The notes: generated from the letters alone by a model not told the origin. DNA of 63,870 nt, filler included, from Sanchytrium tribonematis (GCA_018985235.1; 8 parts of 8 records of this genome joined end to end with filler, not necessarily neighbours in it), one strand, 5' to 3'; positions 44,906 through 54,723 are shown, counted from the first letter of the whole stretch. A program made the numbers and translations.

Positions 44906-46555
44906 TTACTTTGACTTCAATCTTAATATACTAAAGTTTTTCTCATCATAAAGCGACAACCTGTGAGTAACCATGATAGGAATAATTCCGTATTCGCTAA
45001 AAAGCTTCAAAATCATTTTTTCTTGTTGAAGATCAATATTAGAAGTAGCCTCGTCCATTACAACATACTCAGGTTTCTTCAGTAAAATTCTAGCGATTGC
45101 AATTCTTTGTTTTTCACCTTCACTTAAATTGTTTAGCCAAAATGATTGTGTATAAACATAGTCTAGAGGGTTATCTACGTCCTGCAGTAGCGACTCCAAT
45201 TGCAATAATTTCAATATGGGTAAAATATCGCTTATATTTATACCGTCACTCGGAAACGATAATTGCTCATACATTGAGCAGTGTGGCAAAATATACACTG
45301 GCTGTGGAACAAATTCAATATTTTCTGGAATGACAATTTTCCCATCAAAGGGAACAAGCCCCCTCAAAACCTTGCAAAAATAAGACTTACCCGATCCAGA
45401 TTGACCAGCAATAATCAAACCTTTCTTAATAATGGCACTGTAATTTTCAATGATCATATCCTTATTATTCGGATGTTTAATTGATAAATTTTCTAATTTC
45501 AATATTGGTCCTCGCTCAAAATTAGATTTTGGGCCTTCCATACTGAATTCTTCAATGTGCATGACTCTAGTTAAATATCCACTCAAGTTTGCAACGCTTT
45601 CGGAAAGACTTAGAATGTTTGTCAATTTGTAAATAAGATACATTGCCACAAAAGCATTCTGGCTGATTAAACTACTCAAATCCCCACTACTTAAGGTAGA
45701 GGCGAATACTGGAGAAGCAATTACAAGATAGTTTAAAATGCTTCCATAATATTGAAAAAATTCACTGCCCACTGCAAGTTTATATTGTTGAAAATAAAGT
45801 TGCTTTTGCGATTCTAATAGCCTACCTAGAATATAATCACTTTTCTTCTCAATAGTAGGTTCTGCCTTGTGGATTGCAAGCTTTAAAGCATTTTGTCTTA
45901 AATGTGTATGCCAAGATCTAAAATTGCCTTCTTGTCGTTCTTTTTTCACAACCATATTTCCCACTGGATCGGCTAAATTTCGTGTAATGAAGGTACCAAT
46001 AAAAAAGTAACTGTAGATGCTGACCACACCAGTCGCTCCACAAAGGAGGTAGGCTTGACTTGTGTAGTAAGCGATGAGAAACGGGCTTAAAATTAGTTGC
46101 TCAGTCACTTTAGTAATCGTTTGGGTCAAATTATTCACATCTTGGGCCAATCTTTGATCTATATTATCGATTTGCTTGCATTTCCCGCTATACAGATGAG
46201 AAAATATATGAGGCTTAATCATTTTGGATTGAAGGCGTTTTGTCAAAATTTCTCTACAATTAAGACTTAAAATCTGACTTGTGTAATGGCAAGTAGCTTT
46301 TGAGAATGCAGTAAGCCCTACTATACCACTCGCATATAACACTAATTTTCCAAACCCATCGCTTTTGTCAACAAGTGATTTATAAAACTTGCTTGGTAAA
46401 AGCCCAGTGTGATAAATCATGTATTCCGTAGAGACTGATAAACCAATGAAGCCGTAAAATGTGTATCTCAAAGGCTTATGTTCAAATAAGTTCTTCGTCA
46501 ATTTCGCAATTCTGGCCAAAAATTTTTTGTCCAGATGTGCCGATTTCAGGTGCAT
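44906..46555 (-). CDS. ABCD4: ABCD4-like half transporter
   Basis: DNIDQRLAQDV, EGNFR..H, GQSGSGKS, LSEGEKQR, MDEATS. Confidence 0.85.
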   Translation of the reverse strand: MHLKSAHLDKKFLARIAKLTKNLFEHKPLRYTFYGFIGLSVSTEYMIYHTGLLPSKFYKSLVDKSDGFGKLVLYASGIVGLTAFSKATCHYTSQILSLNCREILTKRLQSKMIKPHIFSHLYSGKCKQIDNIDQRLAQDVNNLTQTITKVTEQLILSPFLIAYYTSQAYLLCGATGVVSIYSYFFIGTFITRNLADPVGNMVVKKERQEGNFRSWHTHLRQNALKLAIHKAEPTIEKKSDYILGRLLESQKQLYFQQYKLAVGSEFFQYYGSILNYLVIASPVFASTLSSGDLSSLISQNAFVAMYLIYKLTNILSLSESVANLSGYLTRVMHIEEFSMEGPKSNFERGPILKLENLSIKHPNNKDMIIENYSAIIKKGLIIAGQSGSGKSYFCKVLRGLVPFDGKIVIPENIEFVPQPVYILPHCSMYEQLSFPSDGINISDILPILKLLQLESLLQDVDNPLDYVYTQSFWLNNLSEGEKQRIAIARILLKKPEYVVMDEATSNIDLQQEKMILKLFSEYGIIPIMVTHRLSLYDEKNFSILRLKSK

Positions 46556-46566
46556 GAAAAATTAAA

Positions 46567-47094
46567 CTAGAAAAAAAAGAAAATTAGTATGCAAAATAAG
46601 CTGTCTAGCATTGCAATAGAGTTGGGATTCATTGTATATAATAAACCACTGTATGTGTAATTAAAATCTCCATGCCTAGTCGTAACAATTGCAGCTGAGA
46701 CAATATCTGAAGGTCTATCAGAGTAAAGTTGACTAAGCTGATTGACTTTTCCGCTTTCTGTCTTACTTTCTTTCATCACACTGTAATTAACATTCGCTGG
46801 CGACTGAAAATAACTAGATGTTGTAAGGAATGAAGATGGTTCTCCAATTTGTGTTTGTGTTTGCGTACTTGATCTTGCAGTCTTAAAAGTATTAGTCGTG
46901 CAAGCTGATGGACTTAAAGTGGTTTCTATTTCTAAACTCATGACTGAGTTTTCTTTTGTTGACGTAGCATCAAATTGGCTCAAATCTAATATCCAGGTGC
47001 CATTGAAGTCAGGTAGGTATGGCATAGATTCGAGATCACTTGGAAGCTCTTCTTCAGCTGAATTTGTAGACTTAATTATGATGTTGAAATTCAT
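46567..47094 (-). CDS. Hypothetical Ser/Thr-rich protein with hydrophobic C-terminus
   Basis: ATG ORF filling the gap between two genes. Confidence 0.5.
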   Translation of the reverse strand: MNFNIIIKSTNSAEEELPSDLESMPYLPDFNGTWILDLSQFDATSTKENSVMSLEIETTLSPSACTTNTFKTARSSTQTQTQIGEPSSFLTTSSYFQSPANVNYSVMKESKTESGKVNQLSQLYSDRPSDIVSAAIVTTRHGDFNYTYSGLLYTMNPNSIAMLDSLFCILIFFFF

Positions 47095-47116
47095 GACGAG
47101 TTAGATTGACCTAGAC

Positions 47117-48253
47117 TTAAAAAATTATATTTACTGCGTTTAAAGCATTCAGTATCCACTGGGGAATAGAATCTTTGTATCTGCAAGTCATAAACTGCTT
47201 TACAAAATCTGGAAAACGGTCCACATTAATTGCGTTCCTCATTCTTTTCATTAAATTCATTTGATAATGTATATTATGAATCGTCAACAATCTAGCAACC
47301 ACAGTGGAACCGAACATCAAATTCAATTCTGCCTTGGTGTAATCTTTACAAGTGCTACAAGAACAATTAGGATCTATCGGAGTGAAGTCGGATTTGTGTA
47401 TGGCATTTTTGATATTAAGGGATCCTTCATCTAGTAATACTCTGCCAAATCTAGCAGTCCTGGTAGGATATACACAATCAAACATGTCTACACCCAAAGC
47501 CACGCAAATGACCAGATCCTCTGGATATCCAATGCCCATGCAATAAAGAGGTTTGTTTTTAGGAAGTAGATTAGTACAATAATTGACAGTTTTCCAAAAG
47601 TCTTCCTTTGATTCCTTTCCAGCAAGTCCACCAATAGCTATGCCATCAGTGTTTCTTTTCACAATTTCTTTAATAGAATAAGCTCGATGTTCAAAATTGA
47701 GTCCACCTTGGATAATGGGAAATAAAGATTGCTTTTCTGGATGTTTATGTGCCTTGATGCATCTATCGAGCCATCTAATCGATCTATATACAGCTTCCTC
47801 GATTCTTTCCGGTGGAGAAGTCGGATCCACAACATCATCAAGCTGCATCATGATATCCGCACCTATGCTATTTTGCCATTCTATTGACTTTTCGGGTGTC
47901 AGCATAGTTTTAAATCCATTATAAGTAAATTCTACGCCTTCTTCTGTCACAACTGTGAGCTCTTTCAAACTAACCATTTGGAATCCACCTGAATCAGTTA
48001 AAAGATGAGTGGAATACTTCATAAAATTATGCAGTCCATTATAAGAGTCCATCACTTCAGTACCTGGATCCAATCCAAGATGAAATGTATTTCCCAATAT
48101 AGTTTGACAATCTAATTCATGGATTTGTTTGCTGGTCAATCCTTTAATTGTACCTTTAGTGCCAACCGGCATAAATTGAGGTAGCAACAAATTATTCATT
48201 TTTAAGGTTCTTGCTTTTGTTGTTGAACAGGTTTTGATTATATCCACCTGCAT
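47117..48253 (-). CDS. QTRT1: Queuine tRNA-ribosyltransferase catalytic subunit
   Basis: FMPVGT, LTDSGGFQMVSL, DIMMQLDD, IIQGG, DMFDCVYPTR, C.C..C..H zinc site. Confidence 0.95.
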   Translation of the reverse strand: MQVDIIKTCSTTKARTLKMNNLLLPQFMPVGTKGTIKGLTSKQIHELDCQTILGNTFHLGLDPGTEVMDSYNGLHNFMKYSTHLLTDSGGFQMVSLKELTVVTEEGVEFTYNGFKTMLTPEKSIEWQNSIGADIMMQLDDVVDPTSPPERIEEAVYRSIRWLDRCIKAHKHPEKQSLFPIIQGGLNFEHRAYSIKEIVKRNTDGIAIGGLAGKESKEDFWKTVNYCTNLLPKNKPLYCMGIGYPEDLVICVALGVDMFDCVYPTRTARFGRVLLDEGSLNIKNAIHKSDFTPIDPNCSCSTCKDYTKAELNLMFGSTVVARLLTIHNIHYQMNLMKRMRNAINVDRFPDFVKQFMTCRYKDSIPQWILNALNAVNIIF

Positions 48254-48310
48254 CGTAGTCAAATTTACCCCTATTACGACTGATTCTTAAATTTTTTCAT
48301 ACAAGTCCTA

Positions 48311-49729
48311 ATGGATCTTTTGGGATTAGACAAGTTGAAGGAATACCTTCTCTTCCAGTTCCCTAAATTAATGGTCAGTGAAGAACCACTGGAATACATA
48401 AAAACTGCTGGGAAATTAAATTGGATTGAATTGTGTAATTTGACGCAAATGGAAAAGGAAGCTTTAAATTTTCTAAATGACTGTCCACAGGTTGTTATAG
48501 ATGGTGACAACATATGGTATAAAAAGGCAATAGATACTATAGTCGAAAGTCTCCGGCTGCCATTTGATTTGGAGGTTATCACCGAGTACACTGGGATATC
48601 GCAGAAATATCTTAAGGATCGATTCAAGAACAAATTTATATGGGAGAACAAAATTTTTGATTTAGAAATACTTAAGGCATTAATTTCAAAAGTGCAATTC
48701 GCTGAAGATGCTTTTGGATTTGAGAATGAGTTCAAAATTGCACCAAGTGAGATGGAAGCATTAAGGTCGAAGATGAACGGATTAACGAGTTTAGAAAATT
48801 TAAAAAGCGAATGTTTTAAAAACTCGTTCAGTGGATTCTTTGTAGAAAAAAATGAAACGGCTGTTATATTGCCAAAAAATTATTTAAAAATATTGTTAGA
48901 ATTAAAATATATTGAGCTGGATACAATATACGCGCAGGAATCATGGCTTACTGAAATTAAACAAAGGGCTGTGGATGATCTCAATTCATATGGTTTTGCA
49001 AGGAATCAATCTTATTTAAAAGAGGTATTGGCTCATTTCCAAATTGAAATTGTTGAAAAATCGAATTTGTATCACACATTGTTCTATGTAGGCGTTCAGC
49101 TTGTATGTGATTACGCATCTACTTTACATAAAATAGATCCCTCTATTTTGCTTAACGCCAGTAGTTTACAGCAGGATTTCATTGTCAAATATCAAAGTTT
49201 GAAAAAGGATTCCGTCTTAAAGCAGTACGACTCTGATGTAGAAAGGCTTTCTTTCTTGAGTATATTTTATCTCTCTGAAATATGTAAGATAAAGGATATC
49301 AACGCTCAAATCGACTTTTTTAAGGGTGTTCTAAGTCAATATGTGACTCCGTTAGTAGAAATTCTATCAGATAAACAAGAAGACATTGAAACAATCAGGA
49401 ACTCAATATCAGATAATAACTTTGCTCATCTAATGAAATTGCTACAGCCATATAGCCTCAAAACTAAGCTCGATATGAAGCTATATCTCAAATGTTATCA
49501 ATTTTTACAATTTCAGTTGTCTCCAAATCAAATCACATTATTTCACCTAAATCTCATCTGGCACTTTTACTCTAAAAATCAGTATTTGTACATTCATGCT
49601 ACAGACATTCCGCAAATAATGAAATATGTTTCCGATGAAAACCTTTTGCAAGAATATCAATCTTTGATAAATACTGGTCAGTTGATCGATACTCAAAAGC
49701 TTAAAGACATTAAATTTATAGTCTCATAA
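48311..49729 (+). CDS. Hypothetical protein; N-terminus weakly resembles the winged-helix region of UFL1
   Basis: Long ORF. GKLNWIELCNL resembles UFL1 GRVNIVDL; the resemblance is weak. Confidence 0.55.
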   Translation: MDLLGLDKLKEYLLFQFPKLMVSEEPLEYIKTAGKLNWIELCNLTQMEKEALNFLNDCPQVVIDGDNIWYKKAIDTIVESLRLPFDLEVITEYTGISQKYLKDRFKNKFIWENKIFDLEILKALISKVQFAEDAFGFENEFKIAPSEMEALRSKMNGLTSLENLKSECFKNSFSGFFVEKNETAVILPKNYLKILLELKYIELDTIYAQESWLTEIKQRAVDDLNSYGFARNQSYLKEVLAHFQIEIVEKSNLYHTLFYVGVQLVCDYASTLHKIDPSILLNASSLQQDFIVKYQSLKKDSVLKQYDSDVERLSFLSIFYLSEICKIKDINAQIDFFKGVLSQYVTPLVEILSDKQEDIETIRNSISDNNFAHLMKLLQPYSLKTKLDMKLYLKCYQFLQFQLSPNQITLFHLNLIWHFYSKNQYLYIHATDIPQIMKYVSDENLLQEYQSLINTGQLIDTQKLKDIKFIVS

Positions 49730-49747
49730 TGTAAATTTATTCATTCG

Positions 49748-50686
49748 CTATTTATATTCACAAAGCAGAGTGCCATTTGATTTGAACTGGCGCAAATTTT
49801 CTACTGCCAGCTTAAACATGTTTTCTCTGGTTTCGATTCCCGCACTGCCTATATGTGGTAATAAAACGCAATTTTCTAATTTAAATAGTTTGTGATTTGT
49901 GGGCAAAGGTTCAGGATCTACAACATCTAAACCAGCACCTGCTATTATTTTCTTTTCTAATGCCTCTACTAATGCATCCGTGTCAACCAATTTGCCTCTA
50001 GATATGTTGAAAAAGAACGAATTGGGCTTCATTGATTTGAAAAATTTCAAATTTACCATTTTTTCCGTCTGTTTGTTTAGAGCACTAGACAATATCACAA
50101 CATCACTAGATTTTAATAATTCTTCTAAAGGAACATAGATGAAAGACACCACTTTGTGGTTTACATTGTAATCCTGTATGGGCTTTGGGCCACTTGTGCC
50201 AGTATACAGAATTTTATCAACGTCAAATGCTGCAATTCTCTTTGCAATTTCGAAACCAATTCTTCCCATCCCAATAATTCCTACTGTTTTGTTCTTTATA
50301 TCAGTACCTACAATCCCGTTGAACAATGAAAAATCATGGACCAAATTGCCTTGTTTTGCAGCATTGATACCAATCACCATTTTACGCATCACCATCAAAA
50401 CAAGGCCAATGCAAATATCTGCCACTGCATCACTCAAGATATCTGGCGTATACCCGATCTTAATATTGTTTTCTTGACAGTATGGCACATTGATGTGGTC
50501 CACACCAACACTTATAGTTGAAATCATCTTTAATTTCTTGGCCTCCTTCAAATTTTGCAAGTTTGCATTAATTGTGCATAGAATATACTCAGCATCTTTC
50601 AAATGTTTCTGAACATCCTTGGGCGAGCACTTGACGAATTTACCGTCGTATTCAATATCTGGTACGTCAGCTGCAATTACAAGCAT
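49748..50686 (-). CDS. GRHPR: Glyoxylate/hydroxypyruvate reductase (D-2-hydroxyacid dehydrogenase)
   Basis: SVGVDH, GIIGMGRIG, NISRG, AGLDV..PEP, LPHIGSA. Confidence 0.9.
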   Translation of the reverse strand: MLVIAADVPDIEYDGKFVKCSPKDVQKHLKDAEYILCTINANLQNLKEAKKLKMISTISVGVDHINVPYCQENNIKIGYTPDILSDAVADICIGLVLMVMRKMVIGINAAKQGNLVHDFSLFNGIVGTDIKNKTVGIIGMGRIGFEIAKRIAAFDVDKILYTGTSGPKPIQDYNVNHKVVSFIYVPLEELLKSSDVVILSSALNKQTEKMVNLKFFKSMKPNSFFFNISRGKLVDTDALVEALEKKIIAGAGLDVVDPEPLPTNHKLFKLENCVLLPHIGSAGIETRENMFKLAVENLRQFKSNGTLLCEYK

Positions 50687-50745
50687 AAATTTGTTTTAAA
50701 AAATAAGATTGAGAGAATATATTAGATTTAATAAATTGTTCAAAT

Positions 50746-51643
50746 CTAGTCGCTATCTTTAAATCGATCTCTATAAGCAATGGCGTTCAAAAAACCACCC
50801 AAATTTACAAAAAGTAAGATCCCAACTACAACAAACCACCTATATAAAAAACTGGTACCACTGTGTTATATCTGGAATTGTAAATGACAGCGCACTATAC
50901 AAATCGGCCCAGGCTAATAAGAATATTTGAATTAACAAATAACTCCCTAATTTGTGCATCACATTTTCCATTTTAGTTATCGAAAGTTCAAATGGATTCT
51001 GCATTCTTTTATAACTTAAAGCCATCAATTCGCCCACATGTTCTTTTAAGCATATAAATGATCGAACATAAAAGAAAATCAAGGTTGCTAAAGTAATATT
51101 ATTGGCCACAATTTGGTATAGAGTAAACCAACCTTGTAAATCGCAGTAAAATCCATTTGGTGCTGTCATTCCAGTCAATGTCGCAACAACTGGCGGTATG
51201 AATGCACCAAGAAAAACAGGAAGTATCATTTTCCAATAATATTTGCCAACTTTAGGAGATTGCTTTGTAGTTATTGTTTGATGTGTGTACCACGCGGTAG
51301 CCATACTGGCACACAAACATATATTCCAAGGAACCCATAAAAACAAGCCAAACATGTAACAGATGTCACCACTAGGACCCTTATTTATATCAAGCGCGTG
51401 CATATGGTCGCTACCATGGAGGATTGCATATAAAAAATCTCCAACACTAATCATCAGAGGCAAAAATCTCATCGGAGTTAATTTTCCTCTTCTATAACAT
51501 ATCATGCTCATATAAAAAATATAGCAAGAGCCCAAAATACTAAGAGACTCTCCAATAATGGCACATGAATGAGCTGTATACCAAATGTAGCCTGGTAGTC
51601 CACTGTGCTCTGGAAATTGTGTATCTATACTCAGCATCGGCAT
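50746..51643 (-). CDS. 7-TM GPCR-like receptor (cAMP-receptor/Git3-like); exons 51643-50859 and 50839-50746
   Basis: SLSILGS TM1, disulphide Cys, GFYC; splicing adds TM7 VNLGGFLNAIAY. Confidence 0.78.
50840..50858 (-). other. 19-nt spliceosomal intron GTACCAGTTTTTTATATAG (GPCR)
   Basis: Removal supplies the missing seventh TM helix and a stop at 50746. Confidence 0.87.
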
Positions 51644-51933
51644 TTTATGATCGTCTTAAAGGACTCCGTATGGATTATATTCAACATTTTTAGTGACGTC
51701 CAACATACGTCGCATCAAATACCAACGGTATGGTAGAATGACCATCCAATGTGATTAATCAGTCATGTTTGAACCAAATCCATGATATATGGTACTATGA
51801 GAACTATTTGTGGGCTATTAGCATCTAAACGTTGAATTTGCCACAAGTGTTTGAAAAAAATATTAAAGGAATTTATAGATAGAACTTATGAGAGCCTTGA
51901 TTGAATGACGAATGAGTTTAAATAAAATATTTG

Positions 51934-52088
51934 ATGCACGCACAACGGTCACCCCCGAAATATATAAATATCCAAGGTATAGAATGTTGTGATCAGCCGG
52001 ATCAATTAAGATCAACGAAAGAGGTCTTCTCTTTGCAAAATTCCACCCGACTATACATTATAAAATGCCCGAGGTGAATGCGTTGCAT
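51934..52088 (-). ncRNA. Candidate structured ncRNA, family unassigned
   Basis: Nested complementary blocks in an unusually long intergenic gap; mismatches read as G-U on the minus strand. Confidence 0.35.
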
Positions 52089-52160
52089 GGGGATATACAG
52101 GGAGTTCAACTTGTACGACAACACGTGAATTTGCCAATCATCAAACAGGAAACATTTTAT

Positions 52161-52943
52161 TTACTCTTCACCTTCCAATTTAGGTGCCAAATAAAATCTG
52201 ATATATCCAACATCCTCCATAACATATTCTACCAACATTGGGGATCCATCCATCAAAGATAATTTCACAGTGTTGGACAATGGTGTCGCTTTGGTAACAT
52301 TTGCCAAGTATTTTGTTGAAAATCCAAGACTTACAGGTGCATCTAAATCGATATCCAATGGAGATGCGTCCTCGTCCAATTCACTTGGAGGTTTTAATTT
52401 GATGGTACCACTACCATCACTGCCACTTGTTCTAAAAGTTATAGCGCCCTTATCTACATCAACGTAAATTGTTTCTCCCAGACTTCCCAAGTCCCTAATA
52501 ATCTTTTGAAATTCTGATGAACTCATAGAGACTTGAGCTTGAAATTTTTGGTCAGGAATGCTCAAATGTTCAGAGTCTAAAGTAATAAGCTTGACTTCAT
52601 ATTCACTGACTTTATCGTTCTTTGTATCTTCGAAAATAAGACCTAGCTTATCAGTTTTATCGCTTTCACTAAACATCGTAATAGAATCATCATTACTGGC
52701 GCATTTCAATATTTTTGTTAAAGTAACAAATGACATACCCAAGGACATTGGCTGATCACATCGGAATGGTTCAAACCCTTCTGCTCTAAGCATCAAGGCA
52801 ACAAGAGCTACATGACTGCTATCCATCGCCTGCATAGCAATTCCGCTTTGGGAGCAATCAAAGTTTCCTTCATTAACAATTTCACGAATAGCCTCGAAAA
52901 TTTTCTTGAATTCTCCACCTTTAGCGAATCTTGCTTCCAACAT
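52161..52943 (-). CDS. PCNA: Proliferating cell nuclear antigen
   Basis: MLEARF, QAMDSSHVALV, FYLAPK. Confidence 0.98.
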   Translation of the reverse strand: MLEARFAKGGEFKKIFEAIREIVNEGNFDCSQSGIAMQAMDSSHVALVALMLRAEGFEPFRCDQPMSLGMSFVTLTKILKCASNDDSITMFSESDKTDKLGLIFEDTKNDKVSEYEVKLITLDSEHLSIPDQKFQAQVSMSSSEFQKIIRDLGSLGETIYVDVDKGAITFRTSGSDGSGTIKLKPPSELDEDASPLDIDLDAPVSLGFSTKYLANVTKATPLSNTVKLSLMDGSPMLVEYVMEDVGYIRFYLAPKLEGEE

Positions 52944-53051
52944 TGTTAGATGGAGTTTTGCCAAATTATTTGGCTAATTTGGGCAAAGGAGAATAAAAAA
53001 TTTATTTGATTTGAAAAAATTATTAGGCTAATTTGGCAAATCTATAGGGCC

Positions 53052-53258
53052 TCACTGAGGATGGACTCCTGGGGGAACTGCAACTTGCGTATTGAGCTGC
53101 ATTCCTTGAGCAGGTAACTGTCCTTGCTGAGTCGGATTTTGAACTTGAGAGGATGTGACTGTAGGATTCATTTGTGGTGTGATTTGCTGGCCATTGACAA
53201 GTTGCAAATCAGAAATTGGAATCATTTGTGTCTTAGGGTCTATGGCGGGTAGTTGCTG
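53052..53258 (-). CDS. 3' end of a Gln/Pro-rich protein, 5'-truncated
   Basis: Open frame from the contig edge (QQLPAIDPKTQ...PPGVHPQ*). Confidence 0.55.
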   Translation of the reverse strand, partial: QQLPAIDPKTQMIPISDLQLVNGQQITPQMNPTVTSSQVQNPTQQGQLPAQGMQLNTQVAVPPGVHPQ

Positions 53259-53583
53259 GNNNNNNNNNNNNNNNNNNNNNNNNNNNNNNNNNNNNNNNNN
53301 NNNTTAATTAATTAANNNNNNNNNNNNNNNNNNNNNNNNNNNNNNNNNNNNNNNNNNNNGCAAATATTTAACATATAAATTGTACGGATACATGAATGGT
53401 TTTCTACAACTCAACAGAAATTCACCATCAATTGGATTTGCAATATTGCCACTTAAAACGTGTTTAAGATAAGTCTCTGTCAATTTCTTATTTACCAGAA
53501 ATCTCTCTTGTCATTTGACTATTAATCACGCCATTGTTAAACTGCGCACAGATTAAATATATTTTATCAAATTCATTTTCAAT

Positions 53584-54723
53584 TTATTGAATAAAATGTC
53601 GTAAATGTTGCATCGTATCCACTGCCACATACTCATCAACACCACATAGAAATTCCATTAATCCATCTACAATCACAGGTTCTAATCCCAAAGAATGTTT
53701 AAAAATCCTCAATGTAAATTCATGTTCAACTGTCAAAATCAATAAATTGTCTTTTAATTTCAATTCTGATTGACCCTGTGGGGATGTGATTTCAATGCCA
53801 TTTAATAAAGTGATTTCCAATGCAGTTGAATGAGTTTTGAAATGGGAAATGGCAGATTGTAATTGAGATGCAAAAATGTGGTGTAAAATGGGAATCCAAC
53901 ATAATTTGATCTTTTTGAGTGGATGATTTGGATATTCATATGAGAATGAGAGGATAATAGATGATTTTAATATGGGATTGGCTATAAATGGACCCATTCC
54001 TTTAAAATAAATTAAATTTTGAAAACAAGTTAAATTTAAAGTGGATTCACTTGGGATGGTATTTTCTATATTGCCTACATTCTCAGAACATTCAAAATGG
54101 GTTAAATTAGGGAATAAATTGGATAATTGTTGATAATATGCATTTTGACGTGATTTGACATTTTTGAGAGATAGGAATGTGATGGAAGGATATTGGTGAT
54201 TTGTGAATATGTCATCTGTCACACGTCGAATATAGAGTGTTTTAATGGTTTTAAAATGTCTCATCAAGTGAAAATTGAGTGGTAAATGATCTACAGTCAA
54301 TCTATTTAAATGATTAAATTGAAATCCACTGAAATCAACAGGGTGGTTTAAAATAGATATAGATGTGATATTAGGACATAAGTGACATAATGATTTGAAT
54401 TCTGATTCATTTAATTTGGATTTTAAATGAATGGCAACATGTTGGAGATTTTGCAATTTAGACAGAAATTGAATCGATCTATAATCCATTTCTGGATGAT
54501 ATGGGAATCCAATATGATGAATAAACTCATTATAAGGATAGAATCCACAATCTAATAAATGGATTCTGGGATCTTCTAATTCTTCTAAATTGATGCATTT
54601 CCATTGCATACGGAGTGTTTTCTTGGTCATTGATTTAGAGAAACCAATCATGCGAACTTGATCATGGAGTGGGATATAATTGAGGACATTTAATGATAGA
54701 TCTTCTGGGAATAAAATGGTCAT
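53584..54723 (-). CDS. F-box/LRR-like protein
   Basis: N-terminal LFPEDLSLNVLNYIP; repeated CPNITSI and FPNLTHF. Confidence 0.6.
   Translation of the reverse strand: MTILFPEDLSLNVLNYIPLHDQVRMIGFSKSMTKKTLRMQWKCINLEELEDPRIHLLDCGFYPYNEFIHHIGFPYHPEMDYRSIQFLSKLQNLQHVAIHLKSKLNESEFKSLCHLCPNITSISILNHPVDFSGFQFNHLNRLTVDHLPLNFHLMRHFKTIKTLYIRRVTDDIFTNHQYPSITFLSLKNVKSRQNAYYQQLSNLFPNLTHFECSENVGNIENTIPSESTLNLTCFQNLIYFKGMGPFIANPILKSSIILSFSYEYPNHPLKKIKLCWIPILHHIFASQLQSAISHFKTHSTALEITLLNGIEITSPQGQSELKLKDNLLILTVEHEFTLRIFKHSLGLEPVIVDGLMEFLCGVDEYVAVDTMQHLRHFIQ

Noticed and set aside
46567..46590. TACTAAT-polypyrimidine-CTAG on the minus strand just upstream of ABCD4, resembling a long-intron acceptor
   Set aside because: No convincing donor; it does not fit the -6 branch geometry; it is explained as the Phe-rich end of the upstream ORF.
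18460..51643. Split genes as pseudogenes, programmed frameshifts or stop-codon reassignment
   Set aside because: Each break is fixed precisely by a GT-AG intron with a shared consensus, and TAA/TAG end conserved proteins (PCNA, PGK, QTRT1) at the expected positions.
51985..52035. Hammerhead ribozyme or TPP riboswitch
   Set aside because: A GAAA-stem is present on the plus strand but there is no CUGANGA core on that strand; the TPP CUGAGA motif is absent.
26765..53259. One 26.5-kb segment among contigs of about 5.2 kb in descending size
   Set aside because: Probably contig-name sort order; gene style and intron type match the other host contigs.
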